Shown here: piece by piece, positions 58,575-64,000 of the stretch
How positions within the stretch are numbered: the first letter of the stretch is position 1
Layout of the letters: every line of letters starts with the position of its first letter
Assembly: GCA_963713975.1 (NCBI GenBank)
Contig: OY970218.1
Location: forward strand, 2,272,001-2,336,000
Origin: an uncultured Chloroflexia bacterium
GTDB lineage: Bacteria > Chloroflexota > Limnocylindria > Limnocylindrales > CSP1-4
Direction: 5' to 3'
Length of the DNA stretch: 64,000 bases
The notes under the pieces: generated by a model
What the model saw: the letters and a program-made list of their open reading frames with translations, nothing else
Databases searched by the model: none
Told to the model about the DNA's origin: nothing
Program-made: the position numbers and the translations under genes

Positions 58575-59579
58575 ATGATCTTCGACCTGCCGCTGGCGAT
58601 CGGCGGGCTCGTGGTGGGCATCGTGGTGGGTCTCACCGGCATGGGCGGTGGGGCGCTGATGACCCCGATGCTCGTGTTCGTGTTCGGGGTCAACCCGCTG
58701 ACGGCGATCTCGAGCGACATCGTCGTGAGCCTCCTCATGAAGCCCGTCGGTGCGGCGGTCCACCTCCGTCGTGGGACCGTGAACAAGGACCTTGTGAAGT
58801 GGCTCTGCGTGGGCTCGGTGCCCATGGCGTTCGCCGGCGCCTGGCTCATCTCCCAGATGCCCATGGAGCAGGTGGACGAGATCCTCAAGCGGGTCCTGGG
58901 GATCGCGCTCCTCACGTCCACCTTCGGGTTGTTCGTCCGCGCGTCCCTGCAGATGTGGCGCAACCGCCTGCCGCTCGGTGAGGGTCCCGCCCCCATGACG
59001 CGGCCGGCGCCCGTGGTGGTCCGGCCGATCCGGACGATCATCCTCGGGGCCGTGGCGGGGCTCATGGTCGGCCTGACCTCGGTTGGCGCGGGGTCGATCG
59101 TCGTGGTGACGCTCCTGCTCATGTACCCGCGCCTCAAGGCGTCCTCGCTGGTGGGCACCGATCTCGCCCAGGCGATCCCGCTCGTGGCCGCGGCAGCCGC
59201 CGGCCACCTGTTGTTCGGCGACTTCTCGGTCGTCCTGGCCGTGCCGCTGCTGGTGGGGGCGATCCCGGGGGCGTGGATCGGGGCCCAGATCTCCAGCCGT
59301 GCGCCGGGCGGCGTGATCCGGCGCATCCTGGCGGTGATCCTGCTCGCGACCGGTTTGAAGTTGCTCGGTGTGCCCGACATGCTCGTGATCCTCGCCGCAG
59401 CCGCCGCGGTCGCCTTCGCGTTCGTGGCGTGGGGCCTCATCAGGAACCGGGTCGCCAGCCCCGCGGCGCGCACCCGCGGCCGTGCCGGGGAGCCGGTGGC
59501 GCCGGGTGGTCAGGGCGGCACACCCCGCCCGGCCGTCGCCGACGACACGGGCCCCGAGCCCGAGGGCCTGGGCCGGTGA
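58575..59579 (+). CDS. TauE/SafE family sulfite/sulfate transporter
   Basis: GLTGMGGGALMTP, TSVGAGS, LVGTDL. Confidence 0.9.
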   Translation: MIFDLPLAIGGLVVGIVVGLTGMGGGALMTPMLVFVFGVNPLTAISSDIVVSLLMKPVGAAVHLRRGTVNKDLVKWLCVGSVPMAFAGAWLISQMPMEQVDEILKRVLGIALLTSTFGLFVRASLQMWRNRLPLGEGPAPMTRPAPVVVRPIRTIILGAVAGLMVGLTSVGAGSIVVVTLLLMYPRLKASSLVGTDLAQAIPLVAAAAAGHLLFGDFSVVLAVPLLVGAIPGAWIGAQISSRAPGGVIRRILAVILLATGLKLLGVPDMLVILAAAAAVAFAFVAWGLIRNRVASPAARTRGRAGEPVAPGGQGGTPRPAVADDTGPEPEGLGR

Positions 59580-60862
59580 CCGGGGCCGACGGGACCGGCC
59601 GGCCGGCGGAGATCGCCGGACTGCCGCGACGGGTGCTCGACGGGGATGGACTGGACCGCCTCGAGCTCGTGCTCGGCGGCTGGCTCCCCGCGTCCGCGCT
59701 CCCCGTCTCTGCGCTCCCGTCGGCCGGCGACGGGGAGGTCGTCCTCACGGATGCCGAGAACACCCCACTGGCCGTCGTGGCGGCCGGGCCCGGGATCCAC
59801 GACCTGCCGGCGGTCCGGGCGCTCGCGCCGCTCGCCCGCGGCTCGGGGCCACACTGGGACCCGGCCGTGCGCCTCGATGCCGCCGCCGTCCGCGCGCGCC
59901 TCGGCGATCCAGCATGGGACGCGACCGCGATCGTCGTGGACACGGTGCCCACCCAGACGATGGTGGAGACGGCGGCCATGCTCGGGCGGACATACCCCGT
60001 GGTGGTGGTCGTCGCACCCGGACGCACGCCGCGACCCGCGGGCGAGGTCGGCTGGGCCGGGCTCACCCGCGCCGCCTGGGCGATGGCCGACCGGCTGGAG
60101 GCGGCGGCACCGGGCCGCTCCGTCGTGCGCCTCGTGGTCCCGTGGCCTGAGGGCCGGCATCCGGAGCTCGAGCGGGCCGGCATCGGGGCCTGGGTCACGC
60201 TCTCGGAGCTGGGTTCCGAGGAGGACGCGGCACGCGTCGCCGCGCTGGACGCGCACGTCGAGCAGGAGCTGGCAGCCGTCTACCCGCCCGTTTCGGCCCG
60301 CGAGGTCCTGCGCGCGCGCCGGGCGGCGACCCACGCGGGCGCTGTCGTCCTGTTCACCGGCTTCTCCGGGTCCGGCAAGTCCACGATCGCCCGCGCCCTC
60401 GCCGACGCCCTCGAGGACGACGGACGCCGGGTCACGCTGCTCGACGGGGACGAGGTCCGCCAGCACCTCTCGGCGGAGCTGGGCTTCGATGCGGCGTCCC
60501 GGGAGCGCAACGTGGAACGCATCGGGTGGGTGGCGTCCCAGGTCGCGGCCCACGGAGGCATCGCGGTGGCGGCACCGATTGCGCCATTCGCGTCGTCACG
60601 GGCCCGGGTCCGCGCGATGGCCGAGGCGGACGGAGCCTTCGTCCTCGTCTGGGTGAGCACGCCCCTCGAGGTCTGCGAGGCCCGCGACCGGAAGGGGCTG
60701 TACGCCCGCGCCCGCGCTGGCGACGTCCCGGAGTTCACGGGGATCTCGTCGCCTTACGAGGCACCGCAGGACGCCGACCTGGAGGTCGACACCACGACGA
60801 CGGACGTCGGCGACGCCGTGGCCGCGATCCGATCCCTGCTGGAGACACGCCTGGACGCGTGA
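59576..60862 (+). CDS. cysC: APS kinase with degenerate N-terminal ATP-sulfurylase-like region
   Basis: TGFSGSGKST, LLDGD, RDRKGLY, FTGISSPYE; N-terminus LTDAENTPLA with no QTRN/HxGH motif. Confidence 0.88.
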   Translation: MTGADGTGRPAEIAGLPRRVLDGDGLDRLELVLGGWLPASALPVSALPSAGDGEVVLTDAENTPLAVVAAGPGIHDLPAVRALAPLARGSGPHWDPAVRLDAAAVRARLGDPAWDATAIVVDTVPTQTMVETAAMLGRTYPVVVVVAPGRTPRPAGEVGWAGLTRAAWAMADRLEAAAPGRSVVRLVVPWPEGRHPELERAGIGAWVTLSELGSEEDAARVAALDAHVEQELAAVYPPVSAREVLRARRAATHAGAVVLFTGFSGSGKSTIARALADALEDDGRRVTLLDGDEVRQHLSAELGFDAASRERNVERIGWVASQVAAHGGIAVAAPIAPFASSRARVRAMAEADGAFVLVWVSTPLEVCEARDRKGLYARARAGDVPEFTGISSPYEAPQDADLEVDTTTTDVGDAVAAIRSLLETRLDA

Positions 60863-60899
60863 GTGATCGCGGCGGCCTGCCCGTCGCAGGTTCGGCGTG

Positions 60900-62159
60900 T
60901 CAGCCCCTGCGCAGGCGCCTGCCAACGGATCGGGCCCGGCGGGTGAGCAGCCCACGAGCCCGCCTCGCGACGATGCCCGCCAGGTGGAGCGTGGGCACCA
61001 GCTCCACGCCGGAGGGCTCGCCACCCTGTTCCGCATCCTCTGTATCGCCATGGCGGGCAAGCCCGCTTGCCGTCAGGACGCCGATGGTCATCGATGCTGC
61101 GACCTCGGGCGGGATGCCGACGACGGCCGGGACGCTCTCCACGGCCCCGTCCAACGGTCCCGTCGCGAGCAGCTCCAGGTCACCGACGACACGGACGCCG
61201 GAGCCGCGGATCCCGTCGACCATCTCCCGGGCGATCTCCGTGGCTCGGTCTGCCGCCCATGCGGGCAGCATGATCCGTTGCCATTCCGGCGACGGGGTAC
61301 GAGTCGTCATGTGCTTCGCCGCACCGAAGTGCATCACCTTCTGCAGGAGATCCGGATCGAGGTCGGCCTTCCGGAAGGCGATGTTGAAGGCCCTGACGGC
61401 CTCGATCTCGGGCAAGGTCAGGGACCTGTTCGCGAGTGAGCGGTCGGACACCAACGTCCCCGTCTCCAGGCCGAGCAGCTTCTCGAACACGCGCAAGGAT
61501 CCATCCGGGGCTCGGTCGTCCACAACGACAACGCTGATGCGTTCGACACCCGTCACCGCCGCCCAGCGCCGGATGAGGGCATCGTGCCGGTGGCGGCGCC
61601 AGAACGTCGGCGTCGTGGTGCCGCCGTCCTCCTCGAGCACGGCGTGCAGCCATGGCTCGAAGCCACGCCGCAGTCCTGACTTGACGTACTGCTGCCATTG
61701 CGACGGCAGGAGCTTCGCCAGCGGCCGCAGGGTGAGGACGACGTGGGTCAGATCGCCGCCCAGGTCCTCGATGATCCGAGGGATGACCTCCGGGGTTGCA
61801 TCGGCGAGGAGCTCGCTGCTGACCACCACGCGGGGCTCCGCCGCCGTGCGCACCTCGTGGGCCAGCGAGGTCCAACGCGAGATGGGGCTCGATGACAGGA
61901 CGCCCGTGAATGACGAACGCCCGGTCACTGCCAGGACTGCCGCCCTGGGATGGCGCCCGCGGCCCGCATATCGCACGCCTTGCACGAGCATCGCGCTTCG
62001 AGCCAGGTGGAGCGCGCCCTGCAGCGTCGTCGTCCCGGTCTTGGGTGGTCCGATGTGCACCAGCCTCGTGCCTTCGGGCAGCAGCAGCGAGCGGTCCGCG
62101 GGTCCCAGCTCCATCGCTTCGGTCAGCGCGTTTCCTGCAGCCGCTGGATCACGCCCCAT
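60900..62159 (-). CDS. Sulfotransferase-like P-loop protein
   Basis: HIGPPKTGTTTLQ (5'-PSB-like), VVSSE, LRP...SQWQQ. Confidence 0.7.
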   Translation of the reverse strand: MGRDPAAAGNALTEAMELGPADRSLLLPEGTRLVHIGPPKTGTTTLQGALHLARSAMLVQGVRYAGRGRHPRAAVLAVTGRSSFTGVLSSSPISRWTSLAHEVRTAAEPRVVVSSELLADATPEVIPRIIEDLGGDLTHVVLTLRPLAKLLPSQWQQYVKSGLRRGFEPWLHAVLEEDGGTTTPTFWRRHRHDALIRRWAAVTGVERISVVVVDDRAPDGSLRVFEKLLGLETGTLVSDRSLANRSLTLPEIEAVRAFNIAFRKADLDPDLLQKVMHFGAAKHMTTRTPSPEWQRIMLPAWAADRATEIAREMVDGIRGSGVRVVGDLELLATGPLDGAVESVPAVVGIPPEVAASMTIGVLTASGLARHGDTEDAEQGGEPSGVELVPTLHLAGIVARRARGLLTRRARSVGRRLRRG

Positions 62160-62187
62160 CCTGAGGTGGACCGCATCGGCCGCCGGG

Positions 62188-63402
62188 TCATGCCGCGCGG
62201 CCTCGCCTAGGCGAGATTCCGCGGAGCACTGCGCCCCGGACGCGGCGCAGGATCACGGCGATCAGCTGCGGCGTCGAGACGCGTGCAACCTCGATGGGCT
62301 CGATCCAGACGTCTCCGGCCCCTCGTCCGCCGTGCGGCCGGGCCAGCCCGCTTGAGATCAGTACCCCCATCGCCATGCGGGCGGCTACCTCGGGGGTGAC
62401 CTGGACCTCGGGAGCCGGGTTCTCGCCGGCCCGACCCTCCTGGACCCGCGTGAGGCTGTCCAGGTCACCGACGATCCGCACGCCGGACGACGCGATGACC
62501 GGGATCATGGTGGAGGCCACGGCGGCCGCGCGATCGAGCGCCCACTGCGGAGTCTCGATCCGCGCTTCCCCGGGACCTGGGACGCGCATCTTCATGTGGA
62601 TCGCGGACCCGAACCGCATCGACTTGGCGTGGACGGCGCGGCTCACGCCCATCTCCCTGGCCGCCACGTTGAAGTGCCGGACAGTCTCGATCTCGGCAAG
62701 GGTCATGGATCGGTTGGCGAGGTCCCGATCCGGGGCGAGCGTGCCCTCGCTGAGGCCGAGCATCTCCCCGAACGCGCGGAGGAGCATGGAGTGGTCGTGC
62801 TCGTCGACGACGACCGCCGTCATCCGCTCCGGCCCCACCACGTCCGCCCAACGTGCGATGAGCTGGTCGTGCCGGTGCAATTTCCAGAATGGTTTGGCGG
62901 GACGGCCCGGCGGGTCGCCAAGCACGGCGCGCAGCCAGTCCTCATACCCCAGGTGCGCCCCGGCCTGGACGTTCTGCTGCCACTGGGACGGCAGGATCTT
63001 GCCGAGCGGTCGCAGCGTGACGACGATGTGCAGCCGGTCCCGGTCCAGATCGTTGACGATCCGCTGAATGATGTCAGGCGTCGCCCAGGAGAAGAACTCG
63101 CTGCTGACGACGACCCGCGGCTCGCGGGCCCTCCGGAACTCGCCCACGAGGTCCCGCCAGTACCGGATCGACGGTGGCGTGTCTGTCGAGGTGGGCGCGT
63201 TCTGGCCGGTGACCGCGCGGACTGCGCTCGCCGGGTTGCGGGTCCTCCCGACGTGGCGGACGCCCTGTGCGAGCATCGCGGGGCGGGCACCGTAGAGGGC
63301 CGCCTGGAGCGAGGTGGTGCCGGTCTTGTGGGGCCCGATGTGCACGAGCCGGGCGCCCTCGGGCAGGAGCAGGTCTCGCCGGTCCAGGACCTGTTCGCTC
63401 AC
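62188..63402 (-). CDS. Sulfotransferase-like P-loop protein (paralog)
   Basis: HIGPHKTGTTSLQ, VVSSE, LRP...SQWQQ. Confidence 0.7.
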   Translation of the reverse strand: MSEQVLDRRDLLLPEGARLVHIGPHKTGTTSLQAALYGARPAMLAQGVRHVGRTRNPASAVRAVTGQNAPTSTDTPPSIRYWRDLVGEFRRAREPRVVVSSEFFSWATPDIIQRIVNDLDRDRLHIVVTLRPLGKILPSQWQQNVQAGAHLGYEDWLRAVLGDPPGRPAKPFWKLHRHDQLIARWADVVGPERMTAVVVDEHDHSMLLRAFGEMLGLSEGTLAPDRDLANRSMTLAEIETVRHFNVAAREMGVSRAVHAKSMRFGSAIHMKMRVPGPGEARIETPQWALDRAAAVASTMIPVIASSGVRIVGDLDSLTRVQEGRAGENPAPEVQVTPEVAARMAMGVLISSGLARPHGGRGAGDVWIEPIEVARVSTPQLIAVILRRVRGAVLRGISPRRGRAA

Positions 63403-63476
63403 GCGTGCCCGCTCCTCTCCGCTTTACGATTCCGCCCAAGTCTAGCGTGCGTCCGGCCGGTGCTAGAGTCGCCGCC

Positions 63477-64000
63477 ATGGGCATCGAGATCAGGACGGCT
63501 GTCCCGGCCGAGTTCGAGGCGGCCATCGACGTCATCAGCACCGCCTTCCTGGAGCGGCCGGACCTGCGGCTCGTGGCGGAGTCGGTCAGTGACTCCTGGG
63601 ACCCGGAGCGCACCTGGATCGCGTTCGACGGCGGGCGTGCCTGCGGCACCTTCCGCTCCTGGCCGACCGAGCTGACCGTTCCCGGCGGCGCAATGCTCCC
63701 GGCGGCTGCCGTGTCGGCCGTGACGGTGCTTCCCAGCCATCGCCGGCGGGGGATCCTCACGGGGATGGCGGCGAAGGAGCACGCGGCATTGCGCGAGCGC
63801 GGCGAGGTGGTCGGCCTGCTGTACGCGTCCGAGTACCGGATCTACGGCCGGTTCGGCTACGCACCGGGCACCCGCTGGACAGACTGGATCGTCAACGCCC
63901 GGGCCACTGGCATGCACGGCTCGCCGTGCGGCAGCGTGGAGCTGGTGGCGCCCGATGCCTCGGTCAAGGAGACGCTCAAGGCCGTGTTCGACGCGTCGAG
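63477..64000 (+). CDS. Eis-family GNAT acetyltransferase, 3'-truncated by the window
   Basis: VTVLPSHRRRG, LYASEYRIYGRFGY; leaderless with TAGAGT -10. Confidence 0.88.
   Translation, partial: MGIEIRTAVPAEFEAAIDVISTAFLERPDLRLVAESVSDSWDPERTWIAFDGGRACGTFRSWPTELTVPGGAMLPAAAVSAVTVLPSHRRRGILTGMAAKEHAALRERGEVVGLLYASEYRIYGRFGYAPGTRWTDWIVNARATGMHGSPCGSVELVAPDASVKETLKAVFDAS

Overview
Very GC-rich, gene-dense bacterial window with about 70 CDSs. I saw no rRNA, tRNA, CRISPR array or mobile element. Gene content and frequent leaderless starts suggest a high-GC Terrabacterium, possibly Chloroflexota (inference only). In order, the window holds: the end of a GT4 glycosyltransferase; a four-gene ABC exporter; an orphan CpaF/TadA ATPase fused to a degenerate RidA domain; DUF4395 preceded by a leaderless Cys-rich uORF; a Ni/Co ECF transporter with a divergent Nur-like Fur regulator and a perfect operator palindrome; fabI-crcB-DUF190; an M14 peptidase; and an amino-acid catabolic block (P5CDH-like ALDH, ACC deaminase, class-III aminotransferase, GctAB-like CoA transferase). 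A ~22 kb candidate hypoxia/fermentation region follows: USP, two-domain multicopper oxidase, DosS/DosR-like pair, CoA transferase, COG2403/ArcE-like ligase, a group 3b [NiFe] hydrogenase with fused beta-gamma subunits, a VOR-type 2-oxoacid:ferredoxin oxidoreductase, two eRF1-M-domain-like proteins, and an ArsR-DsrE-TusA-DsrE-TusA-Sqr sulfur relay. The last part has an RND pump with MarR, a YcaQ glycosylase, a PAPS-supply cluster with two sulfotransferase-like paralogs, and an Eis-like GNAT cut by the window end. All calls come from recognising motifs by eye; no database searches were run.
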